Under the pieces are notes generated by a model, which made no database searches, was not told the DNA's origin, and saw nothing but the letters and a program-made list of their open reading frames with translations. From Myxococcaceae bacterium (GTDB lineage Bacteria > Myxococcota_A > Polyangia > Polyangiales > Ga0077539), in NCBI GenBank assembly GCA_004297725.1, contig SCUS01000102.1, forward strand, positions 147,901 through 211,900: DNA of 64,000 nt, read 5' to 3'. Shown here one piece after another: positions 8,452 through 16,763 of this stretch. The first letter of the stretch is position 1, and each line of letters begins with the position of its first letter. Made by a program: the position numbers and the translations under genes.

Positions 8452-10461
8452 GTGGCGCGCCGGATGGCTTGTGCTCCCGGCCTGATGGTGCACCCGAACG
8501 ACGCGTCGAAGACCGATGACCTGATCGGTCCGACGGCCTTCGGGAAGTACACCATCTTCGCGCGCCTGGGCTCCGGCGGCATGGCCGACGCGCTGCTGGC
8601 GATGCTCCACGGCGACCTCGGCTTCCAGAAGCTGGTGGTGCTCAAGCGCATGCACTCGTCGCTGGGGCGCGACTCGCATTTCGTGCGGATGTTCCTCGAC
8701 GAGGCGAGGCTCGCGGCGCGGCTGAGCCACCCCAACGTGGTGGCCACGAGCGAGGTCGGCGAGACCGACGGTCAGTACTTCATCGCGATGGAGTACCTGG
8801 AGGGACTCTCCCTCGACCGCATCGTGCGGAAGTACATCAAGCTCGGCGGGGGCATCCCCCTGGGCTTCCTCTTCCGGGTGCTCTGCGACTCCCTCGAGGG
8901 CCTCCACTACGCCCACGAGCTGCGGGATTTCGGCGGCCAGCCGCTCGGGGTGGTGCACCGCGACGTGACCCCGTCGAACCTCTTCGTGACCTCCGACGGC
9001 ATGGCCAAGGTGCTGGACTTCGGCATCGCCAAGGCCGCCACGCAGGACGAGGCGACGCGCACCGGCATGCTCAAGGGCAAGCTGGCGTACATGTCCCCGG
9101 AGCAGTTCTACAGCGACCCGGTCGACCGCCGCGCGGACCTCTGGTCGATGGGCGTGCTGCTCTGGGAGATGGTCACCGGCCGCAGGCTCTTCAAGGGCTC
9201 CAACGACGCGGTCACCTACCAGAACATCGTCAGCATGACGATCCCGTCGGTGGGCGAGTACCGGCCCGACGCGCCGGCGACCATCGACGAGGTCATCCAC
9301 TACGCGCTGCAGCGCGACCGCGACCAGCGCTACCAGGACGCCGAGTCGATGCGCCGCGACATGGAGCGCATCCTCCACGCGTCCTTCGGGGGCTTCTCCC
9401 GCGCCGACGTCGCCAGCCTGCTGCGGGTGACCTTCGGCGAGGTGCTGGAGGAGAACCGCGAGACCATCCGGGCCTTCGCGAGCCCGGCGCCTCCCCGCTC
9501 CAACGCGGTCTATGGGATGTCCTCCGCCGGGGAGATCCGCGCCGGGGCGGGGATGACCTTCCCCCCGACCGCGTCGCAGGTCGACCCTCGCGCCCTCGGC
9601 ATCGCGCCCTCTCCGGGCGCCGCGACGCCGCAGCCCCAGCGGGCCCGTCCGCCCGCCAGGACCCTGCTCGATCCGCCGGACCCGGTCTCCGACGCGGTCA
9701 CCCTGCTGGAGCCCCCTCCGGCGCGACCGCCCGCCGACAACAACGACACGCAGACCGACGTCGGCCCGATGAGCGACCCCTTCGCGTCGATTCCTCCCGA
9801 CCCGATACCCGCCGCCGCGCCGCTGCCCCGGCAGCACCCGACGCCGCTGCTCGGGACCCCGCGGATGCCCGACCCCAACGCGCCCCTTCCCCCGCCGACG
9901 GTGAACATCCCTCCCACCATGGCCGTGCCCCCTTCGGCGCTCCCCTCGCAGCCGCCGATGATGGCCCCGCCGATGCCCCGCGTGTCGGGCCTCGCTCCCG
10001 CCGACGAGCGCTACTCCGCCGCGCAGCGCCCCACGGTGATGCTCCCGCCGAAGCAGGGCAGGGTCGAGACCGTGCTCGGGTGGCTCCTGCTGCTGGTGGT
10101 GGTGGCCGTCCTCAGCGCCGCGATCTACAGCCGCTGGGACTGGATCCGCTCGGCGGGGGGCGCCCTCCTCCGCAACGAGCCCGCCCCGGCGATCTACGTC
10201 GGCACCTTCCGGCTGCGCATCACCAGCGACCCCAACCACGCCAGGGTCTTCGAGAACGACCAGGAGATCGGCGCCACGCCCTTCGAGCTGGTGATCCACC
10301 GGGCCCAGGTGGTGCGCCAGCCGAGGCAGTTCGTGCTGCGCGCCCCGGGGCACCAGTCCGTCGCGGTGGTGCAGTCCAACACGCTCCAGGCCGAGACCGC
10401 GGTGCACGTGCCGATGCCCGCCCTCGCTCCCGCCCCGGCGCCCGTGCCGGCCCGGCGCTGA
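8452..10461 (+). CDS. Hanks-type Ser/Thr protein kinase with TM helix and C-terminal PEGA-like domain
   Basis: G-loop LGSGGMA, catalytic loop [10 protein letters not shown], then DFGIAKA and YMSPEQ. Pro-rich linker, TM helix [18 protein letters not shown], and C-terminal [25 protein letters not shown]. Start uncertain (GTG 8452, ATG 8464 or ATG 8485). Confidence 0.85.
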   Translation: MARRMACAPGLMVHPNDASKTDDLIGPTAFGKYTIFARLGSGGMADALLAMLHGDLGFQKLVVLKRMHSSLGRDSHFVRMFLDEARLAARLSHPNVVATSEVGETDGQYFIAMEYLEGLSLDRIVRKYIKLGGGIPLGFLFRVLCDSLEGLHYAHELRDFGGQPLGVVHRDVTPSNLFVTSDGMAKVLDFGIAKAATQDEATRTGMLKGKLAYMSPEQFYSDPVDRRADLWSMGVLLWEMVTGRRLFKGSNDAVTYQNIVSMTIPSVGEYRPDAPATIDEVIHYALQRDRDQRYQDAESMRRDMERILHASFGGFSRADVASLLRVTFGEVLEENRETIRAFASPAPPRSNAVYGMSSAGEIRAGAGMTFPPTASQVDPRALGIAPSPGAATPQPQRARPPARTLLDPPDPVSDAVTLLEPPPARPPADNNDTQTDVGPMSDPFASIPPDPIPAAAPLPRQHPTPLLGTPRMPDPNAPLPPPTVNIPPTMAVPPSALPSQPPMMAPPMPRVSGLAPADERYSAAQRPTVMLPPKQGRVETVLGWLLLLVVVAVLSAAIYSRWDWIRSAGGALLRNEPAPAIYVGTFRLRITSDPNHARVFENDQEIGATPFELVIHRAQVVRQPRQFVLRAPGHQSVAVVQSNTLQAETAVHVPMPALAPAPAPVPARR

Positions 10462-10535
10462 CCCGCCCGGAGGGTCTCCCAACACCCCCACTTGCGCGGG
10501 CCGCGTGCGTCGTGCGATTCGCCCGCTCAACCCCT

Positions 10536-10925
10536 ATGAGCACCGCCAGGACCATAGTCAGCACCGAGGCCGCCCCGAAGGCCATCGGCCCGTACTCCCA
10601 GGCCGTCGTGGCCAACGGCTTCGTCTTCTGCTCGGGGCAGATCCCCCTCGACCCGGCCACCGGACAGCTCGTCGGCGACACCATCGAGGCGCAGACCGAG
10701 CGCGTGCTCCAGAACCTCGACGCCGTCCTGCGCGCCGCGGGCACCGACCTCGCCCACGCCGTGCGCACCACCATCTTCCTCCAGGACCTCTCGGACTTCG
10801 CCGCCGTCAACGCGGTCTACGCGCTGCATTTCCCGAGCGATCCTCCCGCCCGCGCGACGGTGCAGGTCTCCCGCCTGCCGCGCGACGTGAAGGTCGAGAT
10901 CGACCTCATCGCGGTGCTGCCTTGA
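10536..10925 (+). CDS. ridA: RidA/YjgF-family reactive intermediate deaminase
   Basis: 129 aa from ATG 10536. APKAIGPYSQAV, FCSGQIPLDP and ARATVQVSRLPRDVKVEIDLIA are typical of the YjgF/UK114 family. Confidence 0.85.
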   Translation: MSTARTIVSTEAAPKAIGPYSQAVVANGFVFCSGQIPLDPATGQLVGDTIEAQTERVLQNLDAVLRAAGTDLAHAVRTTIFLQDLSDFAAVNAVYALHFPSDPPARATVQVSRLPRDVKVEIDLIAVLP

Positions 10926-11755
10926 GCTCGCTGACCCAGCGGCTCGCCTTCGCGGGAGAGCCCTCGTACGTGTCGTCGCCGACCGCGACGTCGGTGCAGT
11001 TCCTGGTGCACACGCGGCTGCTGCCCTCCGGGTCGCTGGCGTGCACCCGGGTGCTGCTCGACCCGTGGGCCATCCACGACGTGGAGTTCGACGAGAGCTC
11101 TCGCACCAAGATCCGCGCGGAGTTCGAGCGCGTGCTGCGGGAGCTCAAGGTGCGCATGGTCCCGGTGTCGCAGGACTACGTCGCCGCGCGCATCCACGAG
11201 GCGATGGCGGCCCACGTGCTCGCGGGCAAGACCCTCACGCCCACGGCGCAGCGGGCGCTGGGGATGATCCCGAAGCCCGCCGGGGTGGTGGTGCACCCGG
11301 CGAAGGTGCTCTCCCCGGTGGCCGACGCCGCCGAGCGGGTCGAGCGCTCGCTGGCGCTGCACACCGAGCCCGAGGTGAACCCGCTGCTCCCGAGCAAGGC
11401 GGAGATCGACGCCGTCGGCGACTACGTGGCGAAGCGCACCGCCGCGGGGGCCGAGCCCGAGGTGACCATCGGCTTCGTCGACCCGACGATCAGGGCGCTG
11501 CGAGAGGGCATCGACGTGGCGTGCACCCGGGCGACGCTCGACCGGCTCGCGACGCAGCTCCGGGACGTGGCGCTGGTCTTCGCCGCCACGCGCCGCCCGG
11601 AGCAGGCGCTCGACGCCGTGGCCGTCGCCGACGCCCTCGACGCGGCGGGCGAGGGGGCGACGCCGCCCGACCAGATCCCCTTCGTGTTCGGGCTCTTCTA
11701 CAAGTTCGCGCTGGTGCAGCGCGAGTACGCCAAGGCCCAGGGCCCCTCGAAGTAG
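10922..11755 (+). CDS. Hypothetical protein
   Basis: TTG 10922 overlaps the ridA stop (cTTGA). Third-position G/C enrichment in this frame begins exactly at 10922. GTG 10970 is an alternative start. No family recognised. Confidence 0.55.
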   Translation: MSSLTQRLAFAGEPSYVSSPTATSVQFLVHTRLLPSGSLACTRVLLDPWAIHDVEFDESSRTKIRAEFERVLRELKVRMVPVSQDYVAARIHEAMAAHVLAGKTLTPTAQRALGMIPKPAGVVVHPAKVLSPVADAAERVERSLALHTEPEVNPLLPSKAEIDAVGDYVAKRTAAGAEPEVTIGFVDPTIRALREGIDVACTRATLDRLATQLRDVALVFAATRRPEQALDAVAVADALDAAGEGATPPDQIPFVFGLFYKFALVQREYAKAQGPSK

Positions 11756-11793
11756 CTCGGGCCTCGCTCACTCCGACGCATCGCCGAGAACCT

Positions 11794-12020
11794 GGCGATG
11801 GGTCGAAGCTCTGGCGGCCCCCTTCCCCGCTGCCGCGCGCCCTAACCCCCGCGGAGCGGGGGCAGGGCTCTGACGGCTGCTGACAGACGGGTCGTACTGG
11901 AAGGCTTCCGCGGTGCCGTTCGAGCACGTGTTCTCGATCCCCTGAGCCCTGCCCCCGCTCCGCGGGGGTTAGGGCGCGCGGCAGCGGGGAAGGGGGCCGC
12001 CAGAGCTTCGACCCATCGCC
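11794..12020. repeat. 227-bp palindromic element: perfect 77-bp inverted arms around a 73-bp spacer (MITE-like)
   Basis: Checked base by base: the reverse complement of 11794-11870 is identical to 11944-12020. Flanked by GAGAACCT (11786-11793) and GAAAACCT (12021-12028). Each arm also holds an internal hairpin (cccccgc-tcc-gcggggg). Both strands translate to the same peptide (GDGSKLWRPPSPLPRALTPAERGQGS) in track ORFs. Confidence 0.9.
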
Positions 12021-12081
12021 GAAAACCTCGTGGTCACGGTCTCCGCCGTCACCTCCGCCGCGCCCATGAAATCCCGTGGTC

Positions 12082-12112
12082 TTGACTTCGATACATACGG
12101 CATATATGTATC
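12082..12112 (+). promoter_or_regulatory. Putative sigma70-type promoter (TTGACT) overlapped by the 23-bp palindrome GATACATA-N7-TATGTATC
   Basis: The most AT-rich stretch I noticed. TTGACT lies at 12082-12087 and a TATATG/TATGTA -10 candidate lies 15-17 nt downstream. The perfect 8-bp half-sites are at 12090-12097 and 12105-12112. GGAGG (12131-12135) sits 8 nt before ATG 12144. Confidence 0.5.
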
Positions 12113-12143
12113 TTGTCGTTAAGCCTGAGAGGAGGCGATTCGC

Positions 12144-13175
12144 ATGGCGGAGATCACCGGGTTCGGTCCCTTTCGTCACCTTCGCGCGGAGAGCGCGAGC
12201 CACGTGCTGCACTACCAGGGAGCCAGGCTCCGACGCAGCGGGCGGGCGCTCTCGTTCTGGTTCTCTTCCTGGTCGGCGAGCCTCGCGGAGGTCCCGCTCG
12301 ACGACCGCGAGGCGGCGATGGCCTTCCACGGCCGCACCGCCGACTTCCAGGACGTGCTGGTGCAGGGCAGCCTCACCTGGCGCATCGTCGACCCGGTGCA
12401 GGCCGCGCAGCGGGTGGACTTCTCCATCGACCCGAGGAAGGGCGTGCACCTGAAGCAGCCGCTGGAGAAGCTGGCCGCGGCGCTCTCGCAGATCGCCCAG
12501 CAGCACGCCGTGGCGAGGGTGCAGTCGGCCCCGTTGCGTGAGCTTCTGGCGATGGGTCCCGAGCCGCTGCGGCTCGCCATCGAGAAGGGCATCGGGGGCG
12601 CCGGGCTGCTCGCCGATGTCGGGGTCGAGCTGGTGGCGGTGCGGGTCGAGCCGGTGCGCCCCGAGGCCGAGGTCGAGCGGGCGCTGGAGGCCCCCTCGCG
12701 AGAGCGGGTGCAGGAGGAGGCCGACGAGGCGGCGTTTCGGCGCCGAGCGCAGGCCGTCGACAAGGAGCGCGCCATCCAGGAGAACGAGCTCGCCAACCAG
12801 ATCGAGCTGGCGAAGCGGGAGACGCAGCTCATCGAGCAGCGGGGCACCAACGCCCGGCGAGAGGCGACGGAGAAGGCCGAGGCCGACCGCATCGCCGTCG
12901 AGTCCAAGGCCGCGCAGTCGAGGATGGAGTCCGCGGCGAGGGCCGAGGCGCTCACCGCCGTCGAGGGCGCACGCCTCGCGCTCGATCGGGAGCGCCTGGA
13001 GTTCCAGCGCACGATGCCGCCGGCGGTGCTCATCGCGCTGGCCGCCCAGGAGCTCGCGACGAAGCTCCAGCGCATCGAGCACCTCACCATCACTCCCGAC
13101 ATGCTCTCGCCGTTGCTGTCCGCGCTTACCGATCGGGCCGCCCCGAACGAGCTTCCGCGGGGCGCCGGGCGGTGA
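12144..13175 (+). CDS. SPFH/band-7 domain protein without an N-terminal membrane anchor, with coiled-coil C-terminus
   Basis: SPFH-like core (ASLAEVPLDDREAAMAFHGRTADFQDVLVQGSLTWRIVDP) followed by a long E/A/R/Q-rich helical region (EEADEAAFRRRAQAVDKERAIQENELANQIELAKRE...). No hydrophobic N-terminal segment is visible. Confidence 0.75.
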   Translation: MAEITGFGPFRHLRAESASHVLHYQGARLRRSGRALSFWFSSWSASLAEVPLDDREAAMAFHGRTADFQDVLVQGSLTWRIVDPVQAAQRVDFSIDPRKGVHLKQPLEKLAAALSQIAQQHAVARVQSAPLRELLAMGPEPLRLAIEKGIGGAGLLADVGVELVAVRVEPVRPEAEVERALEAPSRERVQEEADEAAFRRRAQAVDKERAIQENELANQIELAKRETQLIEQRGTNARREATEKAEADRIAVESKAAQSRMESAARAEALTAVEGARLALDRERLEFQRTMPPAVLIALAAQELATKLQRIEHLTITPDMLSPLLSALTDRAAPNELPRGAGR

Positions 13176-14071
13176 GCACCGTCGCTCCCAGGGTGGTCGT
13201 GGTCACCCGACCCACCGAGTACGAGGCCCTGCTCGTGCGCCACGGCACCCGGGAGCAGGCGCGCTTCTTCCTCGCCCGAAGGGGGCGCTCGCTCGACGAG
13301 CTCGACGAGCGCCACCGCCGTCGGGAGGCCTCGCTGGGGGTGGTGTCGGCGGCGATCCCCGGGCGCTGGCGTCGGGCGCGCATCGACCGGGCCGACCTGA
13401 GCCGCTTCGTCTTCGGCCCCGAAGACGTGGTGGTGGTGGTGGGCCAGGACGGCCTGGTCGCCAACGTGGCCAAGTACCTCCGAGGGCAGCGGGTGCTGGG
13501 GGTCAACCCCGACCCGAGGAGCTACGACGGCGTGCTGGCCTCGCACCCCGCGGAGGCCGTGGGCGACCTGCTCCCGGGCGCCTCGACGGGGGCAGGGAAG
13601 GTCGAGGTGCGGACGATGGTCTCGGCGCGCCTCGACGACGGTCAGCGGCTGCTGGCGCTCAACGAGGTCTTCATCGGGCACCGCACGCACCAGTCGGCGC
13701 GCTACCGGGTGGAGGGCCCCGCGGGCGACGAGGCGCAGTCGTCGTCGGGGGTCATCGTCACCACCGGGACCGGCGCCACGGGGTGGGCGAGATCGATCGC
13801 GAGGCAGCGGGCGGACAAGGTGCCGCTGCCAGGGCCCACCGAGCGGCGCCTCGCGTTCTTCGTGCGCGAGCCCTTCCCCAGCGTCTCGACCGGAACCTCC
13901 CTGGAGTCCGGCTCCGTCGTCGAGGGCGCGACGCTCGCGCTGCGCTCGGAGATGGACGAGCGAGGGACCATCTTCGGCGACGGCATCGAGGACGACCGCC
14001 TGGAGTTCGGCTGGGGCCTGCGCGTGGAGGTCGGCGTCGCCGCAGAGCGCTTGCACCTCGTGCGCGGGTGA
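13172..14071 (+). CDS. NAD kinase-fold protein (divergent NadK paralogue)
   Basis: GTG 13172 overlaps the upstream stop (GTGA). NadK-type motifs are present but altered: VVVVGQDGLVANV (GGDG becomes GQDG), LALNEVFIG (NE motif kept), SSGVIVTTGTGATGW (TPTGSTAY-like). Confidence 0.7.
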   Translation: MSTVAPRVVVVTRPTEYEALLVRHGTREQARFFLARRGRSLDELDERHRRREASLGVVSAAIPGRWRRARIDRADLSRFVFGPEDVVVVVGQDGLVANVAKYLRGQRVLGVNPDPRSYDGVLASHPAEAVGDLLPGASTGAGKVEVRTMVSARLDDGQRLLALNEVFIGHRTHQSARYRVEGPAGDEAQSSSGVIVTTGTGATGWARSIARQRADKVPLPGPTERRLAFFVREPFPSVSTGTSLESGSVVEGATLALRSEMDERGTIFGDGIEDDRLEFGWGLRVEVGVAAERLHLVRG

Positions 14072-14091
14072 CGCTACCCCTCAGCGCTGCG

Positions 14092-14847
14092 ATGTCGAAG
14101 AAGCCCCGAGAGAGCGCCGCCGAGGGGGAGTCGGAGTTCCTCGCGAGCTACGACCCTTCGAAGTACGAGCGCTTCTCGGTGGCCGTCGACGTGGTGCTGG
14201 TGGCGGCCTTCGAGGGCGACCTCTCGACGCTGCTCGTCCCCCGCGACGAGCACCCCTTCAAGGGTCAGCACGCCCTGCCCGGAGGATTTCTCCGCAAGGA
14301 CGAGACGCTCGAGGAGGCCGCGACCCGGGTGCTGCGGAGCAAGGCGAACCTCACGGGCGTCTTCCTGGAGCAGCTCTACACCTTCGGCGAGCCGGGCCGA
14401 GACCCTCGCACCCGGGTGATCTCGGTCGCGTACTACGCGCTCGTCGACGAGGCGCGCTTCCGGGCGGCAGGTGAGCGGGCGGTGCGCACCGGTCGCATCC
14501 GGGTGCCGTGGGAGGGCGAGACCGGCGGGCCGGTGAAGGTCGTCGACGAGAAGGGCCGCGCGCTGCCGCTGGCCTTCGACCACGCAGACATCGTCGGCAT
14601 GGCCGTGAAGCGGCTGCGCGGCAAGCTCGACTACGCCCCGGTGGGCTTCCAGCTCCTGGGAGAGACCTTCACGCTGCTGGAGCTGCAGCGCGTGCACGAG
14701 ACGGTGCTGGGGAGGCCGGTGAACAAGGACTCGTTCCGGCGGCGGATGCTGGCCTCCGGGCAGCTCGAGGCGACCGGGCGCGCCCAGAGCGGCGTCGACC
14801 ACCGGCCCGCGGAGCTGTACCGCTTCGCGCGGCGCTCGGCGGTGTAG
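14092..14847 (+). CDS. NrtR-like Nudix-related transcriptional regulator (degenerate Nudix box plus C-terminal wHTH)
   Basis: Nudix fold with the box GGFLRKDETLEEAATRVLRSKANL, in which the REUxEE glutamates are replaced (R-V-L-R-S-K). C-terminal FDHADIVGMAVKRLRGKLDYAPVGFQLLGETFTLLELQRVHE matches the NrtR winged-helix region. Confidence 0.7.
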   Translation: MSKKPRESAAEGESEFLASYDPSKYERFSVAVDVVLVAAFEGDLSTLLVPRDEHPFKGQHALPGGFLRKDETLEEAATRVLRSKANLTGVFLEQLYTFGEPGRDPRTRVISVAYYALVDEARFRAAGERAVRTGRIRVPWEGETGGPVKVVDEKGRALPLAFDHADIVGMAVKRLRGKLDYAPVGFQLLGETFTLLELQRVHETVLGRPVNKDSFRRRMLASGQLEATGRAQSGVDHRPAELYRFARRSAV

Positions 14848-14856
14848 GAAACGTTC

Positions 14857-15375
14857 TCAGGTCACCAGCCAGATGCGCGCGGCCACCAGCGGCTCCTCGT
14901 CGGGGTGCAGCCCGGCATACCGGGCGGCGTATTCCTCCGCCGCGCCTCGGCCCGGGAAGAGCCCGTTGGCGTTGAGCTGCGAGCGGTCGATGTCGTCGGC
15001 GCCCTTGCCCAGCGGCGACCACCACGGCTCCATCAGCTCGAAGGCGTCCCAGCCGAGCAGCACCATCCCCTCCGCGGGGGGCGTCGTGGCCACCGGCAGG
15101 GAGCCCGGCACCCACGGCCCGTTGGGCACCTCGAAGACGATCACGTCCACCCCGGGGTGACCCAGCTTGTGGGCCTCGTCGCGCAGCGCCAGGGCCTCGT
15201 CGAGGTCCTCGATCACCCCGTCGCCCTCGAGCACGTTGTCACGGTAGCGCTCGTTGAGCGCCCGGCCCTTGCCACGGTGGTTCCACTTCCAGTTGTCGAG
15301 CGCCGGGCGGCACACGCCGCGGTAGGCGCCCTCCTGGAGCGCGGCCTCCAGCACCAGCGCGCCCCGGTCGATCAC
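14857..15375 (-). CDS. Hypothetical protein, translationally coupled to purA
   Basis: 172-aa ORF. Its GTG start overlaps the purA stop (GTGA at 15372-15375). No family recognised. Confidence 0.55.
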   Translation of the reverse strand: MIDRGALVLEAALQEGAYRGVCRPALDNWKWNHRGKGRALNERYRDNVLEGDGVIEDLDEALALRDEAHKLGHPGVDVIVFEVPNGPWVPGSLPVATTPPAEGMVLLGWDAFELMEPWWSPLGKGADDIDRSQLNANGLFPGRGAAEEYAARYAGLHPDEEPLVAARIWLVT

Positions 15376-16646
15376 ACCAGCACCTCACGCCGCACGATGG
15401 TCGCGTCCCGCTCGGCGCCGATGGAGACGATGGCCACCTCCACCCCGGTGCGCGCCTCAATCTCCGTCAGGTAGCGCCGCACGGTCTCCGGCAGCGCCTC
15501 CATGGTGCGCGCCTCGCTCACCGACGCGTCCCACCCCGGCATGTTCAGGAACACCGGCTCCGCCCGATCGAGGTCGTCGATGGGAAACTCCTGGGTCTCC
15601 ACGCCGTCGACCCGGTAGGCCACGCAGAGCGGCACCTCCGCGAGGCCCGCCAGCACGTCCACCTTGGTGACCGCCAGCGCCGTGAGCCCGTTCACCCTCG
15701 CCGCGTAGCGCAGCGCAGGCAGGTCGAGCCACCCGCAGCGCCTCGGCCTGCCGGTGGTCGCGCCGTACTCCTCGCCGACCTCGCGCAGCCGCTCTCCCGC
15801 CTCGCCGAGAAGCTCCGTCGGGAAGAGCCCGTGGCCCACCCGGGTGCAGTAGGCCTTGGTGATCCCCACCACGCCGGTGATGCGCGTGGGGCCGACCCCG
15901 ACGCCCGTGCACGCCCCGCCAGACACCGTGTTGGAGCTGGTCACGAAGGGGTAGGTGCCGTGGTCGAGGTCGAGCAGCGTCCCCTGGGCGCCCTCGAAGA
16001 CCACCCGCTTCCCCGCCTTGATGGCCTCGTCCACCGCGATGGACGCGTCGCCCAGCAGCGGCCCGATGACGGCCATGTACGGCGCCACCCAGGCCAGCGC
16101 CCCGGCCACCGTCGGCGCCTCGACGCCCGCCGCGCGAGCGCGCTCGGCCCACACCTCCACCAGCGCCCCGACCCGGTCGTTCGCCCTGGCCGGGTCGACC
16201 AGGTCGCCCAGCCGTACGCCGATGCGCGCGGCCTTGTCGCTGTAGGTCGGGCCGATGCCGCGGCCGGTGGTCCCGATGGAGCGGGGGCCCGCGTTGGCCG
16301 CCCGGTCGATGGCCGACTGGAAGGGGAAGGTCACGTGCGCCCTGCGAGAGATCAGCAGCCGCTCGGTCACCCCGAGGCCCTTCGTCTCGCAGGTGGCGAT
16401 CTCGCCCGCCAGGATCTCCGGCGCCACCACCACCCCCGCCCCCAGCACGCAGCGAGCGCCCGGGTGCATCACCCCGCTCGGCAGCAGGTGCGTCACCAGC
16501 TTCTGCCCGCCGACCTTCAGCGTGTGACCCGCGTTCGCGCCGCCCGCGAAGCGCACCACCATCTCCGCTCGCGCGGAGATCAGGTCGACGATCTTCCCTT
16601 TGCCCTCGTCGCCCCACTGGGCGCCGACCACCACGATCGCAGCCAT
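15372..16646 (-). CDS. purA: Adenylosuccinate synthetase
   Basis: 424 aa. VVVGAQWGDEGKGKIVD, GGANAGHT and TTGRPRRCGWLD are PurA hallmarks. Confidence 0.95.
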   Translation of the reverse strand: MAAIVVVGAQWGDEGKGKIVDLISARAEMVVRFAGGANAGHTLKVGGQKLVTHLLPSGVMHPGARCVLGAGVVVAPEILAGEIATCETKGLGVTERLLISRRAHVTFPFQSAIDRAANAGPRSIGTTGRGIGPTYSDKAARIGVRLGDLVDPARANDRVGALVEVWAERARAAGVEAPTVAGALAWVAPYMAVIGPLLGDASIAVDEAIKAGKRVVFEGAQGTLLDLDHGTYPFVTSSNTVSGGACTGVGVGPTRITGVVGITKAYCTRVGHGLFPTELLGEAGERLREVGEEYGATTGRPRRCGWLDLPALRYAARVNGLTALAVTKVDVLAGLAEVPLCVAYRVDGVETQEFPIDDLDRAEPVFLNMPGWDASVSEARTMEALPETVRRYLTEIEARTGVEVAIVSIGAERDATIVRREVLV

Positions 16647-16763
16647 ATGCGGTCCTCCACGGACGCCGTCGGTTCTCGAAGCGGCGGCATCCTACGGGTT
16701 CGCCGCCCGGTTGGCGATGCGCGTTTGCAGGACGCTCGGTCCATGGGCTAGACGGAGCCCCCT

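Noticed and set aside
6280-10530. 1416-aa minus-strand ORF spanning the hisC and kinase loci
   Set aside because: Only the last ~320 codons (6280-7236) look real, encoding a methyltransferase with a SAM motif. The remainder is antisense to hisC and the Ser/Thr kinase, both of which have clear family motifs. Its translation is low-complexity and R/G/A/P-rich. Stop-free antisense frames are expected at this GC content.
11794-12020. Retron msr/msd (myxobacteria are the classic retron hosts) as an explanation for the long hairpin
   Set aside because: No reverse transcriptase gene is adjacent; the flanking genes are a hypothetical protein and the SPFH protein. The arms are perfectly complementary over 77 bp, unlike the a1/a2 plus msd architecture, and no branching-G context is evident.
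11794-12020. Invertible promoter switch (invertible DNA element flanked by inverted repeats)
   Set aside because: The invertible part would be only the 73-bp spacer, in which I see no convincing promoter. No invertase or recombinase gene is nearby. The operon's apparent promoter (12082-12112) lies outside the repeats.
10462-16763. Genomic island or prophage status for the SPFH/NadK/NrtR region
   Set aside because: There is no integrase, tRNA, phage gene or visible compositional shift. The core genes ridA and purA flank it directly. Only the palindromic element hints at mobility.
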